A stretch of DNA of 64,000 nucleotides from an uncultured Clostridia bacterium. Lineage in GTDB: Bacteria; Bacillota; Clostridia; Christensenellales; UBA1242. Below, in pieces: positions 47,028-55,896 of the stretch. The position numbers and the translations under genes were made by a program. The stretch spans positions 142,425 to 206,424 of the forward strand of contig CAKVFI010000002.1 of assembly GCA_934746715.1 (NCBI GenBank). The letters are read 5' to 3'. The notes beneath the pieces were generated by a model. It did not search any database. It saw only the letters and a list, made by a program, of their open reading frames with translations, and was not told the origin of the DNA. How positions within the stretch are numbered: position 1 is the stretch's first letter; each line of letters starts with the position of its first letter.

Positions 47028-48311
47028 ATGGTAAAAAACGATTTGAATAAAGTTGAAAAATGTGTTTGTAAAGATTTGGTTTTAAAGCAAAACAAAAAGG
47101 TGCTTTTGTTGGGAGTTGGCGGGGTTAGCATGTGTCAATTGGCTGCTGCGTTTAAGGATAATAACTGCCAAGTTTTTGGTTATGACGCACATTTAACAAA
47201 AACAACATTGAACTTGGAAAAATCAGGTGTTAAAACAACAAACAAATATAATAAGCGATTTGTGAATGTTGATTTTTGTGTTAAAACAGCAGCGATTAAA
47301 AACGATAATCCTTACATTGCAGCATTACAAGCAAAAAAAGTGCCAATTTTTGATCGAGCAGAAGTTTTGGGGGAATTGCTTAAAACTTTTAAATGCGTGA
47401 TTGCTGTTGCCGGCACACATGGCAAAAGCACAACAAGCGCTTTAATTTATGAAATTTTAAGACAAGCGGGCAAAAATGTTTCTTGCCACATCGGAGCGGA
47501 AGTTGAGTTTGCCAAATTTAATCCCGGTGATGATTTTGTGGTTGTGGAAGCGTGCGAATTTAACAAAAGTTTTTTGCACATATATTCAAATATATCAGTT
47601 GTAACAAATGTTGAACCTGAACATATGGATTGTTATGGCAGTTTAAAAAACCTTCAAAATGCATTTGCAACATTTGCAAAACGGGCAAAATTAAGATATG
47701 CATTTGCAACAAAAACAACTGAATTTTTGCAAAAATATAAAAATATGCATTTTGTAAAAGAAGGGGCATTCAAAAGCAAACTTAAAGGAGAATACAATCA
47801 AAAAAACATCTCCCTTGCTGTTGCTGTGTGCAGAGATTTGGGTGTTGATGATGCAACAATATTAAAAGCAGTTGAAAGTTTTGCTGGTTTGCCAAGGCGA
47901 TATGAGTTTATTGGCAATTATATGTCCACAAAAATATATATAGATTATGCTCATCACCCAACAGAATTGGACGCTTTTATAACAACGTTTAAACAAGAAT
48001 ATCCAAATTCTTTGATTATTTTTCAGCCCCACACATATTCACGCACCAAAATGTTTTTAAAAGAGTTTGTTGATGTCCTTAACAAGCTAGATAATGTTTG
48101 TATTTTTAAGGAGTATCCAGCAAGGGAACAAAAGAAAGCGGGTTTGTCTGCCAAATTTTTGGCAAAAATAATCAAACAAAGCAATCCACATTGTTTATAT
48201 TTGCCAAACAAAAACAAATTGAGCGGTTTAATACAAGGATACGAAGCTGTGGCTTTTGTTGGGGCGGGTGATATTGTTGATGTTGCGCGGTCATTTGTGG
48301 AGAAATGCTAA
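47028..48311 (+). CDS. murC: UDP-N-acetylmuramate--L-alanine ligase (MurC-like Mur ligase)
   Basis: N-terminal Rossmann LLLGVGGVSMCQLAAAF; ATP site IAVAGTHGKSTTSALI; IDYAHHPTE; IFQPHTYSRT. An Mpl-type ligase cannot be excluded by eye. Confidence 0.7.
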   Translation: MVKNDLNKVEKCVCKDLVLKQNKKVLLLGVGGVSMCQLAAAFKDNNCQVFGYDAHLTKTTLNLEKSGVKTTNKYNKRFVNVDFCVKTAAIKNDNPYIAALQAKKVPIFDRAEVLGELLKTFKCVIAVAGTHGKSTTSALIYEILRQAGKNVSCHIGAEVEFAKFNPGDDFVVVEACEFNKSFLHIYSNISVVTNVEPEHMDCYGSLKNLQNAFATFAKRAKLRYAFATKTTEFLQKYKNMHFVKEGAFKSKLKGEYNQKNISLAVAVCRDLGVDDATILKAVESFAGLPRRYEFIGNYMSTKIYIDYAHHPTELDAFITTFKQEYPNSLIIFQPHTYSRTKMFLKEFVDVLNKLDNVCIFKEYPAREQKKAGLSAKFLAKIIKQSNPHCLYLPNKNKLSGLIQGYEAVAFVGAGDIVDVARSFVEKC

Positions 48312-48435
48312 AAATCATTATTTTAAAAGCACAAATTTAAGGCAAAAAAAATTAAATTATTTTGCTTAGTTTTTGTGTTATTTTGTCAAGGGGTAACATG
48401 ATTTTTAATTTGTGGTGGCAAAATTAAAAAAATGG

Positions 48436-48464
48436 TTGACAAATTGCAATTTTCAATGTATAAT
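48436..48464 (+). promoter_or_regulatory. Sigma-A promoter of rpmE
   Basis: TTGACA, 17-nt spacer, TATAAT. Confidence 0.65.
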
Positions 48465-48488
48465 CTTGTTGCTAGAATATAAAGCGAA

Positions 48489-48526
48489 GTTGTGCAAAAT
48501 TTGTTTAAATTTGAAAAATGCACAAC
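48489..48526 (+). promoter_or_regulatory. Stem-loop in the rpmE 5' leader (possible L31 autoregulatory element)
   Basis: GTTGTGCA-22 nt-TGCACAAC, 8-bp perfect stem, about 20 nt upstream of RBS AAAGGAGAG. Confidence 0.35.
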
Positions 48527-48547
48527 CATTCTTGAAAGGAGAGATAT

Positions 48548-48766
48548 ATGCAAAAAGACATTCAACCTAAATATGAAGAAGTTAGTTTTGTTTGTGCTTG
48601 TGGCGCTGAATTTAAAGGTAAAAGTTCAAAACCTGGCGTTAAAGCTGGAGATGTTATCAAACTTGAAGTTTGCGACAAATGCCACCCATTCTTCACTGGT
48701 CAACAAAAACTTGTGGACACTGAAGGCCGTGTAGATAAATTCAACAAAAAACACAATTTAAAATAG
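48548..48766 (+). CDS. rpmE: 50S ribosomal protein L31 (Zn-binding C+ form)
   Basis: MQKDIQPKY...VCACGAEF...VCDKCHPFFTGQQKLVDTEGRVDKFNKK. Confidence 0.9.
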   Translation: MQKDIQPKYEEVSFVCACGAEFKGKSSKPGVKAGDVIKLEVCDKCHPFFTGQQKLVDTEGRVDKFNKKHNLK

Positions 48767-48774
48767 CGTTATAA

Positions 48775-48817
48775 ACGTGTTCTTTTTTGCATGGGCAAAT
48801 TGGGGCACGTTTTTTTG
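48775..48817 (+). terminator. Weak candidate terminator after rpmE
   Basis: ACGTGTTC...GGGCACGT (8 bp including 2 G-U pairs, 20-nt loop), then T7. Confidence 0.35.
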
Positions 48818-48840
48818 TTTGAAATTTTAAAAGGATAATT

Positions 48841-49653
48841 ATGAAATTATTAGATTTGCGAAAGAGTTTGAAAACCGAATTTGCACAGTCTGAAATTGAT
48901 GAAGAAGACGCCGATTTTATTATTGCAGAAGTGATTGATGAACCGGTTACAATGCTTCCATTGATTGATGAAATTGACAATAATCAATATGAAAAAATTT
49001 TAAAGTTTGCTGAAATGAGAAAACAACATATCCCAGTAAACAAAATTTTTAAACATGCTTATTTTTTTGGTCTTGATTTTAAAATTAACAATTTTGTGCT
49101 TGCCCCAAGGCAGGAAAGTGAATTGCTTGTTGAAACTGCTTTGAGATATATCCGTGAAAACAATTTTAAAACAGTTTTGGATTTGTGCACTGGCAGTGGC
49201 TGCTTGGCAATATCAATCAAAAAAAATGCAGATGTTGACATGACCGCGTCAGACATCTCACAAAGGGCATTAAATGTTGCAATTGCCAATGCAGAAAAAA
49301 ACCAGGTTGATGTTAAATTTGTTTTAAGTAATATGTTTGAAAATTTGGACGGCAAATTTGATTTGATTGTAACCAATCCACCTTACATTGCAACAGATGA
49401 CCTTGAAGACCTTGATGATGAAGTTAAAAATTGTGATCCAAGGCTGGCTCTTGATGGCGGAGATTTTGGTTTGAGTTATTACAAAATCATTCACGATAAC
49501 CTTCGCAAATCGCTAAACGAAAACGGAATAATCATCATGGAAATTGGTGAAGACCAACGCTTGATGATTGAGAGTTTGTTTAATGATTTTGAGTTGATTG
49601 AAGTTGGAAAAGATTACAACGATGTTGAACGAGTTTTGGTGTTTAAAAAATAA
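48841..49653 (+). CDS. prmC: Release-factor glutamine N5-methyltransferase PrmC (HemK)
   Basis: SAM motif VLDLCTGSGCLAIS and the catalytic LIVTNPPYI (NPPY). Confidence 0.8.
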   Translation: MKLLDLRKSLKTEFAQSEIDEEDADFIIAEVIDEPVTMLPLIDEIDNNQYEKILKFAEMRKQHIPVNKIFKHAYFFGLDFKINNFVLAPRQESELLVETALRYIRENNFKTVLDLCTGSGCLAISIKKNADVDMTASDISQRALNVAIANAEKNQVDVKFVLSNMFENLDGKFDLIVTNPPYIATDDLEDLDDEVKNCDPRLALDGGDFGLSYYKIIHDNLRKSLNENGIIIMEIGEDQRLMIESLFNDFELIEVGKDYNDVERVLVFKK

Positions 49654-49822
49654 ATTAAAATAAAAAACGAAAATTAAATTAAATATTGATTAAATAATTA
49701 AAAAAATATTAAAAATTTTAATTATTAATTAAATTTAAGCAAAATTAACAATATTAATTTAAATATTTAAAATAAAAATAAAAAATATATAATGCAAATA
49801 AAATAAAAATATAAAAGGAGAA

Positions 49823-50905
49823 ATGCTTATGATGTTGGATAAGCTTAAAATTACAAAACAAAAATTTGATGTTTTAACGCAAGAGATTTCCGACCCCGCA
49901 GTTATTGCTGACACAAAAACATGGCAAGCAAAAGTTAAGGAACATGCAAATCTGCAACCACTTATTGAAGAGTATGATTTAAATTGCAAACTTAACAAAG
50001 AATTTGAAGAAACCAATGCGCAATTGGAAATTGAAACAGACCCAGACATGAAGGAAATGTTGAGAGAAGAATCTCTTACCTTAAAAGACAAAATTGATGA
50101 AAGTGAAGAGCGTCTTAAAATCTTGTTGTTGCCAAAAGATGAAAATGACACAAAAAATGTTATTTTGGAAATCCGTGGTGGCGCAGGTGGTGAAGAAAGT
50201 GCATTGTTTGCTCACAGCCTTTTGAGAATGTATCAAATGTATTGTGATAATCATCGTTTTAAAATGGAAATTTTGAATATTGAAGAAACGGAACTTGGTG
50301 GCGTTAAAGAAGTGCAAGCGTTGATTAAAGGTAAAAATGCCTATGCAAAGTTTAAGTTTGAATCTGGTGTTCACCGTGTGCAACGTGTGCCAGAAACCGA
50401 AAGCCAAGGCAGAGTTCACACATCAACCGCAACTGTTGCAATCTTGCCAGAAATGGAAGGAGCAGATGTTGATATTGATGAAAAAGATATCCGTATTGAT
50501 ATTTTCCGCAGCAGTGGCGCGGGTGGTCAAAAAGTTAACAAAACCAGCAGTGCAATTCGTATTACTCACTTTCCAACTGGCATTGTTGTAAGTTGTCAAG
50601 ATGAACGCAGTCAAACTCAAAACAAGGAAAAAGCATTTGCAATTTTGCGCTCTAAAATTTATGACTATTATCAACAACAAAAAGAAGCAGAATACAAACA
50701 AAACCGCAAGGCACAAGTTGGCACAGGTGATAGAAGTGAACGTATTAGAACTTACAACTTTCCACAAGGGCGTGTAACTGATCACCGCATTGGTTTGAGT
50801 TTGTACAATATTGATTCGTTTATGGATGGCAATATTGATGAAATGATTGAGGCATTAACTCTTGCAGATCAACAAGCAAAATTGAATGCTCAAGCGGAAG
50901 AATAA
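49823..50905 (+). CDS. prfA: Peptide chain release factor 1
   Basis: GGQ motif RSSGAGGQKVNKTSSAIRITH. RF1-type tripeptide region RVPETESQGRVHTS. The true start is probably 49829 or 49832 (MLDKLK) given RBS spacing. Confidence 0.9.
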   Translation: MLMMLDKLKITKQKFDVLTQEISDPAVIADTKTWQAKVKEHANLQPLIEEYDLNCKLNKEFEETNAQLEIETDPDMKEMLREESLTLKDKIDESEERLKILLLPKDENDTKNVILEIRGGAGGEESALFAHSLLRMYQMYCDNHRFKMEILNIEETELGGVKEVQALIKGKNAYAKFKFESGVHRVQRVPETESQGRVHTSTATVAILPEMEGADVDIDEKDIRIDIFRSSGAGGQKVNKTSSAIRITHFPTGIVVSCQDERSQTQNKEKAFAILRSKIYDYYQQQKEAEYKQNRKAQVGTGDRSERIRTYNFPQGRVTDHRIGLSLYNIDSFMDGNIDEMIEALTLADQQAKLNAQAEE

Positions 50906-51040
50906 AAATAAAAAATTTAATTAAATAATAAAAAATAATTAAAAAATTAAATTAATTTGGTAAAAAATATAAAATTTTTATTAAAAATCAACAAATAAAT
51001 ATTATTTTTAATTTAATTTGCATTATAATTAAAAAAATAA

Positions 51041-51076
51041 AAATGCTCTCACAATTTTGTTTTGGAGCATTTTTTT
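51041..51076 (+). terminator. Candidate prfA terminator
   Basis: AAATGCTC-17 nt-GAGCATTT followed by T6. Confidence 0.45.
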
Positions 51077-51335
51077 ATAATATTATATTTTGTTTTTTTG
51101 AGTAAATATTGTTGTTAAATTAATATTAAAAATTCGTTATTTTTTGTTTCAATAATTTGAGTGTAAATTGCAAATAGTAAACATTTGAAAACAAAAGCGT
51201 AAATAAAAAATTTTGTTATTTTGTTTGATTGTGTTTTGAATTAAAATGCGAAACATATCTATTGAGATTTGAGCAAAACGTTTTAATTGATGTAAAAAAT
51301 AAAAAAATCTTTAAAAAAAACATTTTGCTTTTTGT

Positions 51336-51364
51336 TTGTTATTTTGTCTTTCATGTGTTATAAT
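51336..51364 (+). promoter_or_regulatory. Candidate extended -10 promoter of the 611-aa gene
   Basis: TTGTTA, 17-nt spacer, TGtTATAAT. Confidence 0.5.
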
Positions 51365-51411
51365 TTTGGTAAGTTAAATGTACGAATTTTGTCATTTTTC
51401 AAGGAGAAATT

Positions 51412-53247
51412 ATGGCGCAATATGTTAAGAATGATTGTGAACAAGGCTTTGTAACAGATGGTGCGGAAATTGAATATCTTAAACTTAACAATATGAGGCA
51501 TACCATTTTGGGCTGTATGCTTGGAGATTTTGACGCAAATGGCAAATATATTGTTGATCCAGAGATTGTTAAAGAATTGATTGCTATGCCTAAATATATC
51601 GTGGACACGGTAGATAATATTGAAGTATGTTCAAGTTTGATTAAATTGGACAAACAGATAACATTTTTTGTTACTTATGAAGGCGAGCAAGTTTCCCTTA
51701 TTCTTGCGGAAAAGGTTAATTTTCAAGCCAATTTTAAAATCAATAGCGGATTGTTTAGCAATATCAATGAGTATGTTTTGGATAGTTTTGAAACATCTGG
51801 AGTGGTTGACAAAAATGTAGTTTATTCAAAATGGAACATTTCACAGTTTGCTGGAGAAGCACTTGATGTTTTTGATATGGATGAAGAAACAATTGCAAAA
51901 TATTTTGGGATTGTTAATCGCTTTAAATATTTGATGAAAGCAAATCAAATTTTGTTGCAAAAGGAAGCAAAGTTGGAAGAGATTGAATCGAACTTTGCAG
52001 TGCAAATGTTGGATTTGGTTGCCAAGTATCCGGAACTCAAAAAAGTTGTTGATGCCAAAATTAAAGATGTTGTTGGGAAAAAACCAAGTGTTATTAGGCT
52101 TGATAAACCATTTTTTGCAAAAACAGTTAATGAGATAATAAGTCAAACAGTTGAAGAAAATATTAATATTTTGCCACCAGAACAAAAACAGGAATTTGAA
52201 GTTGAAAAGCGCAACATCGTGGTTGAACATAATGAGAAATTAAAACAAGAAATTGAAGTTGAAAACTTGCCAATTGTTGATGAAAAGCAAGATGTTGTAA
52301 GTTCAAAATATGTGTTGGACACTTTGGGTGTTGACAAAAAGCAATCATTAAATGAAGTTGCCACAGAATTTATTGCAACTCAAAAAGAAGTGAACAAGCA
52401 AATTGTGCAAGAAGCAGTGTTGGAAACTGTTGAACCAAAAGTAAAAGAAAAATTTGAAGAAACCACCGGCACAAAATCGCTTCAACACAAAGACGAATTG
52501 GTTGGCAAAATTGCAGAAATAACAGGGCAGACCAAACAACAATTTAGTGTAAGCACCACAGAAGAAACCACTCAAGAAATTGCAACAACAGTTACAGACA
52601 AAGTTAAAACTTTAAAATCGGCGCAAATTCAATCTGAAACAACAAAACTTGTAACAAAAGCAGTTGAAGCAAATCAAGCAGCAGCGAAAGCAAAACCGGC
52701 TGGGGCAAGTGCTGGTGCGGCAAAAAAACCAGCAGCAAAAAAACCAGCGGCAAAAGCAAAACCGGCAGCAGACAAAAAAGCAGCAACAAGCTCTGCGCCA
52801 GCAGCTCCAGTTGTGAACAATAAAGTTGAAGTTAAAAAGCCAAGGCAATTGCATGATTTTGGCGATCGCGTTTTTGTTTCAAAATCGTCTTCTGTGGAAT
52901 CGGCAATTGAGCAACCACAAGCAGAACCAATTGGTGTAAAAGATGGGGTTTGCGATTTTAAGTTTGATGCTGGATTGTTGTATGACAAAGACAATGTGGA
53001 TATTAACACTATTGAAAAACCAGAAGAAAAAGCAGTGTCAAAAGGGGATATCAAGTTTGATAAGATTAAATTTGAATCGCCAGAAGAGATTGCGCTTGAC
53101 AATAACAAATTAAAAACACAAGAACCTACTTTTGATGTTTCAAAAATTAATACAGATAAAACGGCTATAAATCTTGAATATTTGTCGGGGCAAACACAAA
53201 GTGAAAACAAAGAGATTAAAGATAACATTGATGAAAAAACTTTGTGA
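51412..53247 (+). CDS. Hypothetical 611-aa soluble protein with E/K-rich middle and an A/K/P-rich (histone H1-like) segment
   Basis: RBS AAGGAG; no TM or signal sequence. Contains AAKAKPAGASAGAAKKPAAKKPAAKAKPAADKKAATSSAPAAP at about 52680-52810. No family recognised. Confidence 0.7.
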   Translation: MAQYVKNDCEQGFVTDGAEIEYLKLNNMRHTILGCMLGDFDANGKYIVDPEIVKELIAMPKYIVDTVDNIEVCSSLIKLDKQITFFVTYEGEQVSLILAEKVNFQANFKINSGLFSNINEYVLDSFETSGVVDKNVVYSKWNISQFAGEALDVFDMDEETIAKYFGIVNRFKYLMKANQILLQKEAKLEEIESNFAVQMLDLVAKYPELKKVVDAKIKDVVGKKPSVIRLDKPFFAKTVNEIISQTVEENINILPPEQKQEFEVEKRNIVVEHNEKLKQEIEVENLPIVDEKQDVVSSKYVLDTLGVDKKQSLNEVATEFIATQKEVNKQIVQEAVLETVEPKVKEKFEETTGTKSLQHKDELVGKIAEITGQTKQQFSVSTTEETTQEIATTVTDKVKTLKSAQIQSETTKLVTKAVEANQAAAKAKPAGASAGAAKKPAAKKPAAKAKPAADKKAATSSAPAAPVVNNKVEVKKPRQLHDFGDRVFVSKSSSVESAIEQPQAEPIGVKDGVCDFKFDAGLLYDKDNVDINTIEKPEEKAVSKGDIKFDKIKFESPEEIALDNNKLKTQEPTFDVSKINTDKTAINLEYLSGQTQSENKEIKDNIDEKTL

Positions 53248-53291
53248 TTAAAATTATAAAACTATTGATTTAATATTTGTAAAAATTAAAT

Positions 53292-53324
53292 AAAAAAACA
53301 ACACAAATAATGTGTTGTTTTTTT
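53292..53324. terminator. Bidirectional terminator between convergent genes
   Basis: AAACAACACA-aataa-TGTGTTGTTT flanked by A and T runs. Confidence 0.7.
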
Positions 53325-53328
53325 GTTG

Positions 53329-53787
53329 TTAGTTGTCAATTGAAAATGTCATATCGTCATTCAAGGTGTAAGAAGAACTAATTTTTTGAGAAACGTAATT
53401 GAACAAGGCTCTTGTGAAAGGAGTGATTTCTTGTTTGTCAATGGCTTCTTTAACCTTGGAACGATTTTCAATAAGAATGTTTTCAACGTCAATGAGAATG
53501 TTTGGCAAATTAAGTTTGTAACCTTCTGGCAAATAAGGTTTGTTTTTAACTATCAAAATTGTTCCAAAAAGATTTACGTTGTCGCCAACCAAAGATGTGA
53601 TATAAGGATATTTAAGTTCGCCATTAGCTGTGCGAACATTTAATTCTTTGTAAAATTCATCGCTTAAATCACCTTGACCTTTTACTATGTATCTATCAAA
53701 TACTTGAGCTCTGGTGAGTGTTTCAATACTTCTTGAGCGTTTTGACATAACTGGTGTGAAAGCTGGAGTTTTTTGTTGTTCTGACAT
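53329..53787 (-). CDS. Hypothetical 152-aa protein
   Basis: Start MSEQQKTPAF behind AAAGGAG (longest ORF extends to 53829). No TM; no family recognised. Confidence 0.65.
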   Translation of the reverse strand: MSEQQKTPAFTPVMSKRSRSIETLTRAQVFDRYIVKGQGDLSDEFYKELNVRTANGELKYPYITSLVGDNVNLFGTILIVKNKPYLPEGYKLNLPNILIDVENILIENRSKVKEAIDKQEITPFTRALFNYVSQKISSSYTLNDDMTFSIDN

Positions 53788-53819
53788 AATGATATCTCCT
53801 TTAAATTTTTGTTGCAAGC

Positions 53820-53848
53820 ATTGTAACACAGATTATAAAATTTGTAAA
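53820..53848 (-). promoter_or_regulatory. Candidate extended -10 promoter for the 53329-53787 gene
   Basis: On the minus strand: TTTACA, 17-nt spacer, TGtTACAAT. Confidence 0.5.
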
Positions 53849-54564
53849 TACCTTTTTTAAATATTTTTTATTTTTAAACAACCTGTAAAATTGGAAATCA
53901 AAAGTGTTCAATGCGTAAACGACAGTGCTGTAGACATGTTGTTGTGCTGAACAAACTGTTTATTTCTTTTGTGGGCATTGTAAATAACATATAACACATT
54001 TCAAGTTTATGTTGTTTGGGCTGGGGTAATGTGCCCTGTTATTTTATGATTGATTTTGTAATTTTTTTAGTATCTTTTATGTGATGTTTGCATTGTGTTA
54101 TATCGTGGATAAAATTACATTTTCAAATTTTAAACTTATATAAAAGTTGTTAATATTGGTTAATGTTTAAATTGCTGTAAATTAAATAAAAAAATTTTAA
54201 AATTTAAAAAATAATATAAAAAACGCAATAAAATATATGTTTTTTAATTGATTTTTATATTTTTTTAACAAAAACTGTTAATTATTTTTCGTTACAAAAT
54301 TGTTTTTTATTAATTTAAATAAAATAAAATTTTTTGTTTTTTAAGTTTGACAAACAGATTCTTTTTATGAGTGATGATTGGGTTAAAATTTTATTGATTG
54401 ATTTTAAGCGCTTAAAAAAATTGATGATGTTTTGTTTTTGGTTGCTTGTTTTTGTTGGGTTAGGTTTGCGCAAATATAGTCAACTTGAATTTAGCATTTG
54501 AAAAGTTGAAAAATCGGCGTAGTTAAAATGGTTGAAAAATGTTGAAAAAGTTTTTTAAAAAGGG

Positions 54565-54593
54565 TTGACAAAGTTGCCGGCATTTGCTAGAAT
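54565..54593 (+). promoter_or_regulatory. Sigma-A promoter of the S10-spc ribosomal protein operon
   Basis: TTGACA, 17-nt spacer, TAGAAT. Confidence 0.7.
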
Positions 54594-54933
54594 ACACTTG
54601 CTGATTTTATGTGGGGTGACGCATAAGGTTGCACTTGTTAGCAACAACAGGTGGGAATTTGTGCCGACCATAACTCGTAAGAGTGCTAGTGATTAGATTG
54701 CCGAACCAAAGTGTGAGGCATTTTCTTTTGGAAATCAGTACTTAACACACGGGTCAGTGTAAATCATATTCATGTTTTGAAAATTTGCGATTGCTACCTA
54801 TTAATATATACGTACATACGCGAGGCAAAACGAATATGGTCTTGCAAGTGAGTGAAACATCTCAAACTGCATGGCTAACTTGAAGTGAAAGTAACTAGTT
54901 AAGGTGTTGACTAAAAAATAAAAGGAGAGAAAA
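54594..54933 (+). promoter_or_regulatory. Long (about 340 nt) 5' leader of rpsJ; class not recognised
   Basis: It lies between the consensus promoter and the rpsJ RBS. It is visibly more G+C-rich than neighbouring spacers. Complementary segments include CTGATTT (54601-07)/AAATCAG (54732-38), TTATG/CATAA (54607-26) and GTTGC/GCAAC (54628-45). Confidence 0.4.
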
Positions 54934-55242
54934 ATGGCAACAACAAAATTAAGAATTAAACTTGCTTCATACGACACAGGTTTAATCGAAAATGTGGTTT
55001 CAAAAATTCTTGATACCGCAACAAAGTCTGGCTGCAAAGTTTCAGGCCCAATCCCACTTCCAACAAAACGTGAAGTGGTTACAATCTTACGTAGTACACA
55101 CGTAAACAAAGATTCACGTGAACAATTTGAATCACGTACACATTATAGACTTATTGATGTCTATGCACCTAATGCAAAGGCAGTTGATACACTCTTGAAG
55201 ATGAATGTACCAGCAGGCGTTGACATTAAGGTTGAATTATAA
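54934..55242 (+). CDS. rpsJ: 30S ribosomal protein S10
   Basis: [41 protein letters not shown]...[12 protein letters not shown]. Confidence 0.95.
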   Translation: MATTKLRIKLASYDTGLIENVVSKILDTATKSGCKVSGPIPLPTKREVVTILRSTHVNKDSREQFESRTHYRLIDVYAPNAKAVDTLLKMNVPAGVDIKVEL

Positions 55243-55252
55243 GGAGGACACT

Positions 55253-55885
55253 GTGGAAAAAGCAATTATAGGTAAAAAGATTGGCATGACTCAACTTTTC
55301 ACTGACGATGGCAGAGTAGAACCTGTAACCGTTGTTGAAGCAGGTCCATGCTATGTAACACAAATCAAAAACGTTCAAAAAGACGGTTATGATTCTGTTC
55401 AATTGGCTTTTGGCGAAATTAAAGCTAAAAACGTTAACAAATGCGTTGCTGGCGCTTACAAAAAAGCTGGCGTTGATGCAAAACGCGTTTTAAAAGAATT
55501 TAGATTTGACGACACAACAAAATTTAGTGTTGGTCAAGAAATTAAAGCAGACATGTTTGCTGCTGGCGATATCGTTGATGTAACTGGAACAACAAAAGGT
55601 CACGGTTTTACAGGCGTTATCAAACGTTGGAATCAACAACGTCTTAAAATGACACACGGTGTTGGCCCTGTGCATAGAGAAGTTGGTTCAATGGGCGCAA
55701 ACTCAACCCCAAGCAGAGTGTTTAAGGGTAAAAATATGCCTGGTCATTATGGTCACGAAACAGCAACTGTTCAAAACTTGAAAGTTGTTCGTGTTGACGC
55801 GGAAAGAAATTTACTTTTGATTAAAGGTGCTATCCCTGGCCCTAAAAAATCAATCGTAGTTGTTAAAACCGCAGCCAAGGCTTAA
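55253..55885 (+). CDS. rplC: 50S ribosomal protein L3
   Basis: GTG start behind [36 protein letters not shown]...[14 protein letters not shown]. Confidence 0.93.
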   Translation: MEKAIIGKKIGMTQLFTDDGRVEPVTVVEAGPCYVTQIKNVQKDGYDSVQLAFGEIKAKNVNKCVAGAYKKAGVDAKRVLKEFRFDDTTKFSVGQEIKADMFAAGDIVDVTGTTKGHGFTGVIKRWNQQRLKMTHGVGPVHREVGSMGANSTPSRVFKGKNMPGHYGHETATVQNLKVVRVDAERNLLLIKGAIPGPKKSIVVVKTAAKA

Positions 55886-55896
55886 AGGAGAAAACT

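Noticed and set aside
54367-54501. 44-aa ORF with one hydrophobic helix in the long ORF-free region
   Set aside because: It has no Shine-Dalgarno sequence, whereas nearly all real genes here have AGGAG-type sites. Without conservation or Ribo-seq data I do not call it as a CDS. It is kept only as a note inside a finding.
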